A DNA stretch of 37,577 bases from a virus. Lineage: Duplodnaviria; Heunggongvirae; Uroviricota; Caudoviricetes. The notes below the pieces were generated by a model. The model did not search any database and was not told the DNA's origin. It worked only from the letters and a program-made list of their open reading frames with translations. Location: IMG/VR virus record IMGVR_UViG_2935054407_000002, positions 1 to 37,577 of that record; one strand, written 5' to 3'. Made by a program: the position numbers and the translations under genes. Numbering within the stretch: the stretch's first letter is position 1; every line of letters starts with the position of its first letter. Positions 1 to 8,200 of this stretch are shown here, one piece after another.

Positions 1-624
1 CTAGCGTCCCTGCGGCGGGGTGATGTTGAGGTTGCTGCCCTGCGGCACCGGGACCACGCTGACCTGGCCCTTCTGGATGGCCTGCCAGAGCACGGCCCCC
101 TGCGGGCCCAGGACCTTGACCAGGTCCTTGATCGACTCGATCTCGGTGCGGACCTTGGCGTTGCGCTGGGTCTGCGCGACGTTCTCGGCCTTGGCCGCCT
201 GCTCGGAGGCCAGGGCGTCGACCAGCACGTCCGGCGGCTCGGGCTTCTGGATGGTCAGGGAGATGTCCCCGCACTGCCCGCTGCCCGCGTAGTTCTGGTT
301 GCAGAAGTAGTCGCCACCGGAGGTCTCCTTGATGAACTCCCGGGCGAGTTCGCCCACCCGCGCCTCCCACGACTGCTTCACCTTGGGGTCGTTGAACAGT
401 CCCCGCCACTCGAACTCCTGCGAGGCGGCGTCCATGGCGCGGTCCAGCGGCACCCGCAGGTAGATGTTGAGCATCCGCCGCCAGCCGGCGGACTCCCCGT
501 CCTCGTGGTGGGCGCCGAACTTCAGGCCGATCTTCTCGTGGAAGGTCTGGAGCGTCCTGCAGTCGGTGTTCAGCGTGAACGTCGCCACCCCGGAGACCGT
601 CATCTCGACGTTGTCCTTCGACAT
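1..624 (-). CDS. SPFH/band-7 domain protein, apparently lacking its N-terminus
   Basis: SKDNVEMTVSGVATFTLNTDC...FHEKIGLKF...L+RAMDAASQEFEWR and a C-terminal coiled coil resemble actinobacterial/actinophage SPFH proteins; in-frame TAA at 631-633 just upstream of the ATG; no signal/TM segment. Confidence 0.65.
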   Translation of the reverse strand: MSKDNVEMTVSGVATFTLNTDCRTLQTFHEKIGLKFGAHHEDGESAGWRRMLNIYLRVPLDRAMDAASQEFEWRGLFNDPKVKQSWEARVGELAREFIKETSGGDYFCNQNYAGSGQCGDISLTIQKPEPPDVLVDALASEQAAKAENVAQTQRNAKVRTEIESIKDLVKVLGPQGAVLWQAIQKGQVSVVPVPQGSNLNITPPQGR

Positions 625-793
625 TGCTCGTTAGGCATGGTCTCGGATTGACCCGATCACTGCGACATGTTCGCAGGTGGGAGCACTGCCAAGGAACCTG
701 GAGTCCCAATTGCCCCACAGGGTGGTGACAATGCGCATGATGGAAACTACGATCCGATACCAGTGCCACCTGCGGGCCCGGCGAGGGAAAGCA

Positions 794-918
794 ACCGCAC
801 CATCACTGCTCCACTCCCACGGAGCGCGATGAAACGGTGGTGCGGTGGGGGGTGGGACCCCGGCCGGCTCACTGCCGGGGCCCCACCTCTGCAGGGGAGT
901 GGCCGAACCTCCACTCCC
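794..918. other. Cluster of three back-to-back hairpins
   Basis: Stems 794-802/838-846 (inner 808-812/821-825), 851-864/874-887 and 895-902/911-918. Confidence 0.55.
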
Positions 919-951
919 TCACACCTGGATGATGCACCACTTAGGTGTGCC

Positions 952-1359
952 TTAGCCAACAACCAAGCGATTTGTATCCCCGCGCAACAATTCCGGCCCC
1001 TCCCCCGGCCGCTGAATAACGAAAACGGGCACTCCCTCGTCGAGCCCCAGCGTGCGGCGCTCTTCCTCCGTCGGCACCCGAGTGCTGATGACGGTGCCGT
1101 GTCCTACTTCGAGCATCGTGACCTCCTGGTTGCCGCGGACATACGTCCCCGACCCCGTCACGGTCCGCACGAGCCCTTCGCTGCGCAGCACGCCAAGAGC
1201 TCTTCTCACGGTGGTGCGGCCGAGGCCGGACATCTGCTGCAGCCGCTCCTCGCTGGGGAGACGCTGGCCGGCCCGGTACTCGCCGCCCTCGATCTGGGCG
1301 CGGAGCATGCGCGCTAGCTGCCGGTGGCGCGGCTCGAAGCTCCCTAGATCGATCTTCAC
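952..1359 (-). CDS. GntR-family winged-helix transcriptional regulator
   Basis: QLARMLRAQIEGGEYRAGQRLPSEERLQQMSGLGRTTVRRALGVLRSEGLV...GSGTYV is a canonical GntR HTH; short C-terminal extension. Confidence 0.93.
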   Translation of the reverse strand: MKIDLGSFEPRHRQLARMLRAQIEGGEYRAGQRLPSEERLQQMSGLGRTTVRRALGVLRSEGLVRTVTGSGTYVRGNQEVTMLEVGHGTVISTRVPTEEERRTLGLDEGVPVFVIQRPGEGPELLRGDTNRLVVG

Positions 1360-1391
1360 GACCGCGAATTTAGGGCGACCACAAGACGCCT

Positions 1392-1419
1392 AAATCTGTA
1401 GACCTAGGTCCACAGATTT
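1392..1419. promoter_or_regulatory. 28-bp near-perfect palindrome, candidate GntR operator
   Basis: aaatctgtagacctaggtccacagattt (one mismatched pair), 32 bp upstream of the gntR start. Confidence 0.6.
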
Positions 1420-1493
1420 CTATGCCGATCCGTCCTGATAATGCGCTTAACGCGCCCTATCGATCTAAACTCATGTTCGGGTATGGAACACGA

Positions 1494-1524
1494 ACGGGCC
1501 CCGGCGAGCACGGCCGGGGCCCGT
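1494..1524 (-). terminator. Terminator-like hairpin after DUF397 gene
   Basis: Perfect 12-bp stem acgggccccggc/gccggggcccgt. Confidence 0.7.
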
Positions 1525-1540
1525 CCTACTTCTACGCGAG

Positions 1541-1771
1541 CTAGTCGAACATGTCGCCCTTCACGCCTCCGACGAAGGCAGCCCATGCAGCCGGCGCGAA
1601 GAAGAGCGCGGGCCCGTCAGGGTCCTTGCTGTCACGGACAGCGACCCTTTTGGGCAGGTTGGTGGCGACTTCAACGCAGTCGCCACCGCTGTCACCGCCG
1701 GACAGGCTGGACTTGCGCCATACGGCGTCTACAGGCTGGGCGGTGAGTTCTTGGGACTGGGTATGGTCCAC
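1541..1771 (-). CDS. DUF397 domain protein
   Basis: WRKSSLS...GDCVEVA...VAVRDSKDPDGPALFF...W..FV signature. Confidence 0.95.
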   Translation of the reverse strand: MDHTQSQELTAQPVDAVWRKSSLSGGDSGGDCVEVATNLPKRVAVRDSKDPDGPALFFAPAAWAAFVGGVKGDMFD

Positions 1772-1782
1772 GGATCCTCGCC

Positions 1783-2646
1783 TTATGTGAGTTGTTTGTC
1801 GAGTTCTCTGATCATGTCTTGCAGGTAGACGACTGAGGCGTCTGCTGAGATCGCGCTCGCGCGCACGTGATCGTACTTGTGCGTATAGCGGTTCACCTCC
1901 TCGGGGGACTCGATGTATAGGTCCCCTCGGGAGCCAACCTCTATGTACACCAGGTCGGGGTCATCAGGTGTCGCATAGGAGAGGATTGTGAATGACCCCG
2001 TCATCGACGCGTGAGCTCCCACCGCGTTCGGCAGGACCTGGATGTCGATGTTCGGCCGAGTCGCCATCTCAACCAGGCGCTTCAGCTGATCCCGCATGAC
2101 AGCAGGTCCGCCGACATGCTTGACGAGCGCGGCTTCGTCGATCACAGCCCACAGGCTCGGCGGCTGGTCGCGCTCCAGTACCCGCTGACGGGCAAGTCGC
2201 GCCTGCACGTGCCGGTCGATCGCCGCCTCGTCAAGAACCCTGCCGCCCTTGAACACCGCTCGCGCGTACTCGGCTGTTTGTAGCAGGCCAGGGATGAGCA
2301 GTGCTTGGAAGACGAGGATCTTCCAGGCTTCGGTTTCGAACTCGACGAGGCTTCCGCCGAGCTCGACTTTGTGCTCCCCCTCCCACCATCCGCGTTCGCG
2401 GGCTTGGCGGGCGAGGGTGGTCAAGACCTTGCGGATGTCCTCGTCGGTGACGCCGTACACGTCGAGCATGTCGGTGACGTCACTGACGGTTGGGCGGCGC
2501 CATTCGTTGCGCTCGATCCTCGTGACCTTGGATGCAGGCCAGCCGAGTTGCTTGGCTGCAGCATCTGCGGTCAGGCCGGTTGCTTCACGGGCGCGGAGCA
2601 GTGCGGCGGATAGTCGCCGGCGTCTCACGGTTGGGCTGTAGGTCAT
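1783..2646 (-). CDS. XRE-family HTH regulator with DUF5753 domain
   Basis: PTVRRRRLSAALLRAREATG N-terminus; IPGLLQTAEYARAV, RLARQRVL, LWAVIDEAAL motifs; paired with DUF397; start moved to ATG at 2646. Confidence 0.93.
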   Translation of the reverse strand: MTYSPTVRRRRLSAALLRAREATGLTADAAAKQLGWPASKVTRIERNEWRRPTVSDVTDMLDVYGVTDEDIRKVLTTLARQARERGWWEGEHKVELGGSLVEFETEAWKILVFQALLIPGLLQTAEYARAVFKGGRVLDEAAIDRHVQARLARQRVLERDQPPSLWAVIDEAALVKHVGGPAVMRDQLKRLVEMATRPNIDIQVLPNAVGAHASMTGSFTILSYATPDDPDLVYIEVGSRGDLYIESPEEVNRYTHKYDHVRASAISADASVVYLQDMIRELDKQLT

Positions 2647-2778
2647 GAGCGCCTCCTGGAGGAGAGAAGGCCGAGCGTATCGGAAAAACAGACATTTGAG
2701 TCTTCTTACTTTGGGTCTTGCAACTTTGCGTCTGGCGCGTAAACATAGAGGCACCCAACTACACGGAGTGTAGGTGCG

Positions 2779-2979
2779 ATGACCGTAACAGCAGAACTGA
2801 CACCGAACAGCGTGCGTACGCGCCACCCCGACTGGTGGATCTGGCAACTTGGCCAGGGTTGGTGGGCGATGCACAAGTACCGGCTCGTTCTTGCCCCCGG
2901 AAGCAAGCCCACCCTGCAGACCCTGAGCAGGGATACCCCCGAAGCATTGGACGAGGCGCTCACTGAAGCTGACGCATGA
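2779..2979 (+). CDS. Small hypothetical protein divergent from the XRE regulator
   Basis: 66 aa, Trp-rich; typical position; ATGA overlap with the next ORF. Confidence 0.65.
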   Translation: MTVTAELTPNSVRTRHPDWWIWQLGQGWWAMHKYRLVLAPGSKPTLQTLSRDTPEALDEALTEADA

Positions 2980-3152
2980 CCGACACCTCGCCCCCTCTGG
3001 CGCCGGTTCCCTCCCGAGCGGGCGACCTGCCTCGTTGCTCGAAGTGCAGTTCTGTGATCGGTAAGTGCGCCACCGCCTACGGAATTCTGTGGCTGGATCG
3101 CCGCAACTTCAGCCAGTGCGTAGAAGGCGGGATGCACACCCCTTCCCCATGA
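2976..3152 (+). CDS. 58-aa Cys-containing hypothetical protein (not in ORF track)
   Basis: MTDTSPP...RCSKCSSVIGKC...SQCVEGGMH; ATGA-coupled to 2779-2979. Confidence 0.5.
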   Translation: MTDTSPPLAPVPSRAGDLPRCSKCSSVIGKCATAYGILWLDRRNFSQCVEGGMHTPSP

Positions 3153-3307
3153 TCTCCCGGCTGCCGCTGCCCGTAGGTGTGCGGCGGTCGGGGCACAGCT
3201 CGGCCAGCCTAGGGCCGAGAACCTCACGTGTCGCATAGGGGCACGTGAGAGGTGGTTCCCGTTCTCGCGTCGGAGGGGTGCGAGGGCGGGGCCACCACCC
3301 AAGACGT

Positions 3308-3521
3308 CGGACCAGCGGGAGAGTCCTCCTCTCTGCTGGTTCGGCCCGACCTCCGCCCACCGAACTTGGGCGAAGGTCGGTAAGCCCGGCGGCTGGTCGG
3401 GCGGTGGCCTCCGCCGTTTCTCGTCCTGGCGGAGGCCACCCACATTCAGCCCGGAGGGACGGCGCGGCGCTTCCCCCCTGGGCTCGTCTGGCCCCTGCGA
3501 CCGGATGCGCAGGGGCCAGAC
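3308..3521 (+). other. Cluster of four strong hairpins (possible structured RNA)
   Basis: Stems 3311-3340, 3346-3380, 3403-3440 (perfect 13 bp) and 3486-3521 (perfect 14 bp). Confidence 0.55.
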
Positions 3522-3557
3522 ACCCACCACAACGATTCAGACGATCCAGGAGGCACG

Positions 3558-3737
3558 GTGAGTGAGAACACCGCGGAGTCGGCGACCTCGCTCGCTGAAG
3601 CACTCGCCGCCCAGCAGGACCTGGAGGCGTTCCTCGCCTCACGGCGCCGGGCCGCGGACGACCTCGTCGACTTCCTCCTTGAGCGCCCATCCCTCCTGAC
3701 CGTTCAGCTCCCGCCCGTCCCCGAGGAGACCCCGTGA
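3558..3737 (+). CDS. 59-aa hypothetical protein (not in ORF track)
   Basis: AGGAGG at 3548-3553, GTG start, MSENTAESATSLAEALAAQQDLEAFLASRRR...; GTGA overlap with the next ORF. Confidence 0.6.
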   Translation: MSENTAESATSLAEALAAQQDLEAFLASRRRAADDLVDFLLERPSLLTVQLPPVPEETP

Positions 3738-3946
3738 CCACACCCCAGCCTGGCGACGTCGTCCTCTCAGAGAGGACCGGACACATGTGGTGGGTACACG
3801 GCGACCCGGACATGGGCCTATCGGCCACCAACGTCAGGGGGCGCTGCCTCCCTGTGCCGGAGGTGCTGGCCCTGTACGGGGATCTGAGGGTCGTATGCCA
3901 TCCGGCCGACCACAGGCCCGTCAGTCCTCTTGCGTCGCCTTACTAG
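3734..3946 (+). CDS. 70-aa hypothetical protein
   Basis: Translationally coupled to 3558-3737; followed by a terminator hairpin. Confidence 0.6.
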   Translation: MTTPQPGDVVLSERTGHMWWVHGDPDMGLSATNVRGRCLPVPEVLALYGDLRVVCHPADHRPVSPLASPY

Positions 3947-4005
3947 GCGTCTCCGACTCCCGGCCGGGAGGGGCTACCCCACTGCGGCCCTGCCGGGTAC
4001 ACCGG

Positions 4006-4039
4006 GGCCCCGTCGTCCACCTCACCGGGCGACGGGGCC
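4006..4039 (+). terminator. Terminator-like hairpin
   Basis: 10-bp stem ggccccgtcg/cgacggggcc followed by ttct. Confidence 0.6.
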
Positions 4040-4288
4040 TTCTCGCGTCCAAAACTTCAGCCTCATCGCAGGACGCGACAACCACAGCTGGCCTGCACGC
4101 GTCCAACAGCTGGTCCGAGGATGCACATTCACCCAACCGGCAACAATGAAGTATGAAAAAGTAGGCAAACAGCAGTGCCTCTGACCAGGCAAAACTCAAT
4201 AGTTAAGCTGGCCTATCGGGGGCGATAGTGGCCATACCGACCCCCTGAAGGTAGCGTGATGAGACGAGCTGAAAAGCAAGGAGGGATC

Positions 4289-4930
4289 ATGGACATGCCG
4301 TCCGAGCCCTCCGACCCCTTGGTTGCATCCGTGCTGGCAGTCCTCAAGGCTGCCCGCGAACAGAGATGCGAGATCAACAAAACCAAGCTGGCGAAACTGC
4401 TCTACCTGATCGACCTGCAGGCCGTGGAAGACGGCGGCGTACAGTTCAGCGGCGCGACCTGGCGATGGGACAACTACGGTCCCTACGACCGGGCAATCAT
4501 CAATGCTGAGATGGACCTCGCTACCAGCGACATCATCGATCGCGTCGACAACCGGGCCAACGACGGCCAATGCGCGCTGACCCTCACGATCGAGATCGAC
4601 GACCCGTTGCCTTCTCCGCTGATGGACATCGTTCGTGAAGTCGTTCGCGAGCATGGCTGCAAGTCCGCAACAGCCCTCAAGCAGCTGTCCTACGACACGC
4701 CTCCCATGATTGAGGCGCAGGCCGGCGGCGAGCGTGGCGTGCTGTTGGACCTTAGCCGGGCACGGCGCCGCAAGCAGTTCCAGGCGATGCTGGTGCGAGC
4801 CAAGGCCAGGAGAGCTTCCCGCCCGATCCAGCAGCGCGACCCCGACGTGGGTGAGCACTTGCTGGCCGAGCTCGCTCTCAGCGCCGAGTCGATCCGTCGA
4901 GCCAACGAGAAGGTGCTAGGCGACCGGTGA
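4289..4930 (+). CDS. Panacea (SocA/DUF4065) domain antitoxin
   Basis: INKTKLAKLLYLIDL...TWRWDNYGPYD...SATALKQLSYDTPPM motifs; AGGAGG at 4279; overlaps the toxin gene. Confidence 0.88.
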   Translation: MDMPSEPSDPLVASVLAVLKAAREQRCEINKTKLAKLLYLIDLQAVEDGGVQFSGATWRWDNYGPYDRAIINAEMDLATSDIIDRVDNRANDGQCALTLTIEIDDPLPSPLMDIVREVVREHGCKSATALKQLSYDTPPMIEAQAGGERGVLLDLSRARRRKQFQAMLVRAKARRASRPIQQRDPDVGEHLLAELALSAESIRRANEKVLGDR

Positions 4931-5295
4931 CGCCCCCCATCCGCAAGGGTGGCGTCTACTGGGTCTCCGATGGTTCCTTGAGACTGCCCCCTGAAGACAA
5001 GCGTGAGATCAAGCCCAAGCGCCCCATCATCGTTGTCAGCGGCGATGGCACCAACGGTGACGACAACTGGCCAACTGCGCTGGTCATCCCTATCTCAACC
5101 TCAACAACGTCGAAGACGGAGTTCTGTCTGCTGCTCGGCGCCTCGGTAGCCAACCTGCCCAGGAAGGGGTGGGCGCGCGTGGTAGCTGTTCAGCCGCTCG
5201 CTAAGACCGACATCCAAGACTTCATGGGAATGCTCCCTGCACAGATGGTGACGCTCCTAGAGGAAAATCTCTTCACCTACATGGGCTCTAGCTAG
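4927..5295 (+). CDS. PemK/MazF-family endoribonuclease toxin
   Basis: IRKGGVYWV...KRPIIVVS...ALVIPIST pattern; GTGA overlap with the antitoxin. Confidence 0.85.
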   Translation: MTPPIRKGGVYWVSDGSLRLPPEDKREIKPKRPIIVVSGDGTNGDDNWPTALVIPISTSTTSKTEFCLLLGASVANLPRKGWARVVAVQPLAKTDIQDFMGMLPAQMVTLLEENLFTYMGSS

Positions 5296-5310
5296 GAGCC
5301 GAAAGCGACA

Positions 5311-5343
5311 AGGCGCCCCACTCCATCACGGAGCGGGGCGCTT
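5311..5343 (+). terminator. Terminator after TA operon
   Basis: Stem gcgcccc-ctcc/ggag-ggggcgc followed by ttctct. Confidence 0.65.
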
Positions 5344-5381
5344 CTCTGTGTCCGGTGGGCCACATGCCGCTACCAGATTTC

Positions 5382-5394
5382 ACAACCAGGTTGT
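5382..5394. promoter_or_regulatory. Palindrome upstream of small HTH gene (candidate operator)
   Basis: acaacc-a-ggttgt in an AT-richer intergenic stretch. Confidence 0.4.
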
Positions 5395-5425
5395 ATTGAT
5401 CTTCAAGAGCTGATAGACAAAGGCA

Positions 5426-5662
5426 GTGACGGACGATCTGGAGGGAGTCAGCGACCAGATGCTCGCCGATCAACTCCGGGAAGCCGCTGAACGCGTCGAA
5501 GCCGGCGAAGCCGCCCGCGTACTGCGAGGCAAGCTGATCGACGAGGCAGGCCGACGAGAGTGGAAACAAGAGGACATCGCGAAGCTCGCCCGAGTGAAAC
5601 AGCAAGCGGTATCGAAGCGACTCAAGAAGACACAGAGCCGCGAGCAAGACCCAACTGAATAA
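5426..5662 (+). CDS. Small HTH DNA-binding protein
   Basis: WKQEDIAKLARVKQQAVSKRL helix-turn-helix. Confidence 0.75.
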   Translation: MTDDLEGVSDQMLADQLREAAERVEAGEAARVLRGKLIDEAGRREWKQEDIAKLARVKQQAVSKRLKKTQSREQDPTE

Positions 5663-5755
5663 CCCCAACGCGCCCCAGGCCGGTGCTACCAACACCGACC
5701 CGGGACGACTTGATCCACCAGACCCCACTGCTAAGGGCAAGTCTGAGAGGACCCA

Positions 5756-7207
5756 ATGCCGCACAATAGTGCTGCTGTGCTGGTCAGCGGTAGCCCCGTT
5801 GATCTTTTGTCTGAGGTTCCGCCGTTTGTCTGGCAGATCCTCGGTGGTGCTTTCGCGCTCGGCGCGGGCATCACTGCCGCCATCTACGGTGTCCGCGGGC
5901 TGCGTGCTCTTGGCCGGCTGGCCACCGCGAGCGCCACCGACGAACGCAAAGCCGCAGCGAAGAAGACCTTCACCAGCGTGACCCTGTACGGCCTCCTGTA
6001 CTTCTTCTGGGCCGTTGCCGCTGGCATCTCCATGCAGGGGCTCATTGGCTTCGCTGAGGACAACATGGGGCTTAAGGGCCCGTGGCCGTACCTCATCTTC
6101 TTCGCTCTCGACGGCGCCGCCGCGTTCTGTATGGTCCTCGTCACCAAGCGGGCAGGACGGGCCGCGTCAACCCTCACGCCGCGGCTCGCCGTATGGGCCC
6201 TGGTCGCGCTGTCGTCGTGGTTCAACATCACCCACGCCCCCGACAACCCCGGGGCGAAAGCCGCATGGGCATGCATCCCGATCATCGCCGGCGTCCTGTT
6301 CGAACTCGCCCAGGCTGAGTCCCGCAACCAGGCATCCAACCCTGAGCGTCGACTGACGGCGATCCAGTGGCTTCACCCGATCGAGCGCATCCGTGTCCTG
6401 CTGGAGCTCGCCGCCGACACGTTCATCACTGCGGACGAGGCAACGATCCGGGTACGAGATGCGGTCGCCGCGGCATGGCTGTACCGGCTCCGCACCGGCA
6501 CCCGCGTAACCCGAGGCTTGTCCCGCTGGCGCACCCGGGTTGCTCTTTCCCGCGCGAACTTCACCGATCGCACGCGCGCCGAGGAGATCCTGCGCCGAGT
6601 GCAGATCTTCGCTCAGGCTGACCAGCTCGCGGACCTGGACTACACAACAGCGATCCAGGCGCGGGCCGCACTTGCCTCACTGATCGGCTCTGAGGTTGAT
6701 CCTGCGCTTGCCGCGGTCTCTGCTCCCAGCCTGCCCGTGAAGAGCATCGTCAAAGGCAGCGTAGAGATCACACGGCCCACCCTGGGCGAGATCTCAGGGC
6801 CAGCCCCTACCTCTGCCTCTCGACTTGCCCCCCTGGCTTACAGCTCCACCGGGCGCAAGAGCAGCCGACTCGCTGTGACCGAAGGCATCAACGGCCACAG
6901 CTTCGCCTTCGCCTCCCCTGCTTCGCCCCCTGCCTCTCAGAACGAAGGCGAAAGGCAACGCGAAGAGCAAAACGAAGAGCAGCCCAAGACCCGCAAAAGG
7001 CCTAGTCGCGCCACATATCGCGCCGCAGAGAAGCGTGCGATTGATCTCGTCGTCGAGCACAACATCACGCGTTGGCAGGACCTGCAGCAGCACTGCCGCG
7101 GACGTAGCCGTACGTGGTGCGAGGACAAGGTCACCAAGGGGCAGGCCAAACTCGCCGAGATCGCTGCCTCCCAGGGCGACGACTCCGCGCCCAGCCCCGC
7201 CTCCTAG
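5756..7207 (+). CDS. DUF2637-like membrane protein (transfer/spread-associated)
   Basis: ISMQGLIGFA...WPYLIFFALDGAA...RLAVWALVALSSWFNITHA multi-TM region; C-terminal low-complexity linker plus a helical domain. Confidence 0.75.
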   Translation: MPHNSAAVLVSGSPVDLLSEVPPFVWQILGGAFALGAGITAAIYGVRGLRALGRLATASATDERKAAAKKTFTSVTLYGLLYFFWAVAAGISMQGLIGFAEDNMGLKGPWPYLIFFALDGAAAFCMVLVTKRAGRAASTLTPRLAVWALVALSSWFNITHAPDNPGAKAAWACIPIIAGVLFELAQAESRNQASNPERRLTAIQWLHPIERIRVLLELAADTFITADEATIRVRDAVAAAWLYRLRTGTRVTRGLSRWRTRVALSRANFTDRTRAEEILRRVQIFAQADQLADLDYTTAIQARAALASLIGSEVDPALAAVSAPSLPVKSIVKGSVEITRPTLGEISGPAPTSASRLAPLAYSSTGRKSSRLAVTEGINGHSFAFASPASPPASQNEGERQREEQNEEQPKTRKRPSRATYRAAEKRAIDLVVEHNITRWQDLQQHCRGRSRTWCEDKVTKGQAKLAEIAASQGDDSAPSPAS

Positions 7208-7237
7208 CTCTCCCCTACCTCATCTCTGGAGACCGTC

Positions 7238-7501
7238 ATGTCTCGATCCCGCTATGCCGCCATGCTCCTGCTCGCTGCTCTGGCCCTGCCCGGATGCGGG
7301 ACGCCCGCAGACCGGCCGGCGACACCGAACTCGGCTGTCGTCGAGGAGCAGGCGCCGCCGAAGCCGCAGACCTCTCAGGCCCCGCCGGAGCCGACGTGCG
7401 CGCCGGCCGACACCACCTCGACCACCCCGCCCGAGCCAGACCTGAGTCGCGACCGCAACGGAGACGACATCAACGACGGCCGCCCCAACACCGACTGCTG
7501 A
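7238..7501 (+). CDS. Small predicted lipoprotein
   Basis: Signal peptide with lipobox LPGC, Pro/Thr-rich linker, acidic DRNGDDINDG tail. Confidence 0.7.
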   Translation: MSRSRYAAMLLLAALALPGCGTPADRPATPNSAVVEEQAPPKPQTSQAPPEPTCAPADTTSTTPPEPDLSRDRNGDDINDGRPNTDC

Positions 7502-7513
7502 CTGGAGACCGTC

Positions 7514-7675
7514 ATGTTCACCGACAAGGGCGACACCTACCACGACAACGGACAAGTGACCTGCGCTGCCTGCAGCAGGACCTCCACGATCGCCAACCCG
7601 CTGATGGATTACATCTGCCCGTGCGGCCGATCCCTCAACGGCGGCAACCGCCGCAACGAACCCGACCTGACCTGA
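7514..7675 (+). CDS. 53-aa zinc-ribbon-like protein (not in ORF track)
   Basis: GGAGA RBS; MFTDKGDTYHDNGQVTCAAC...YICPCGRSLNGG; CxxC and CPCG motifs. Confidence 0.65.
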   Translation: MFTDKGDTYHDNGQVTCAACSRTSTIANPLMDYICPCGRSLNGGNRRNEPDLT

Positions 7676-7706
7676 CCCGCCCCTCTCTACTGATCGGAGA
7701 TCCGTA

Positions 7707-7889
7707 ATGCTGCTGCTGTTCACCGCCCTCGCTGGAGCCGTGGTCGTCCTCCTGTGGACCAAGGTCACCCGCTGGTACGAGCTCGTCATTCTCGGTGGGT
7801 TCGGTTTCCTTCTCGGCGGGGTATGCGCCGGCGCCCGCACGTTCGACAACATGAGCCTCGCCTCGGTGTGGTCGGCGGTGTTCGGCTGA
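7707..7889 (+). CDS. Small two-TM membrane protein (Spd-like)
   Basis: Hydrophobic 60 aa with GGFGFLLG motif, in the transfer operon. Confidence 0.65.
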   Translation: MLLLFTALAGAVVVLLWTKVTRWYELVILGGFGFLLGGVCAGARTFDNMSLASVWSAVFG

Positions 7890-8200
7890 TGCTCCGCGAT
7901 CACCTCGCCCGCTGGTGGGACTGGCGCCCCACTTGGAAGACCACGCTTCTTCTCACTGCTGCAACGCTCGTCATCACGGCAGTGAGTGGCCGGCCCGCTT
8001 GGCTCGTCAGCCTGGCCGTAGTCGTCACCGCTGCAGCCGTGTCAGCGGCGTTCGCCTACCTGGAACTCCACAACTCCAGGACTGCCCCTGAGGGCGACGA
8101 CTCCGAGGAGCCCCAGGACGCGCCCGCGGGAGGAGCGTTCGCCGTCGATGCCGCCCCTGATCCGGCTCGGCACGTTAACCTCCGCGGGGAGCAGTCGTGA
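7889..8200 (+). CDS. Membrane protein
   Basis: TGATG-coupled start at 7889; two hydrophobic segments and an acidic tail. Confidence 0.6.
   Translation: MLRDHLARWWDWRPTWKTTLLLTAATLVITAVSGRPAWLVSLAVVVTAAAVSAAFAYLELHNSRTAPEGDDSEEPQDAPAGGAFAVDAAPDPARHVNLRGEQS

Noticed and set aside
667-1317. 216-aa plus-strand ORF
   Set aside because: Overlaps gntR antisense and the hairpin cluster; low-complexity Pro/Ala translation.
5681-5697. cggtg-ctaccaa-caccg mini-hairpin before the DUF2637 gene as an antiterminator (boxB-like) site
   Set aside because: Single copy with only a 5-bp perfect stem; resemblance to motifs I recall from actinophage intergenic regions is not enough to support a call.
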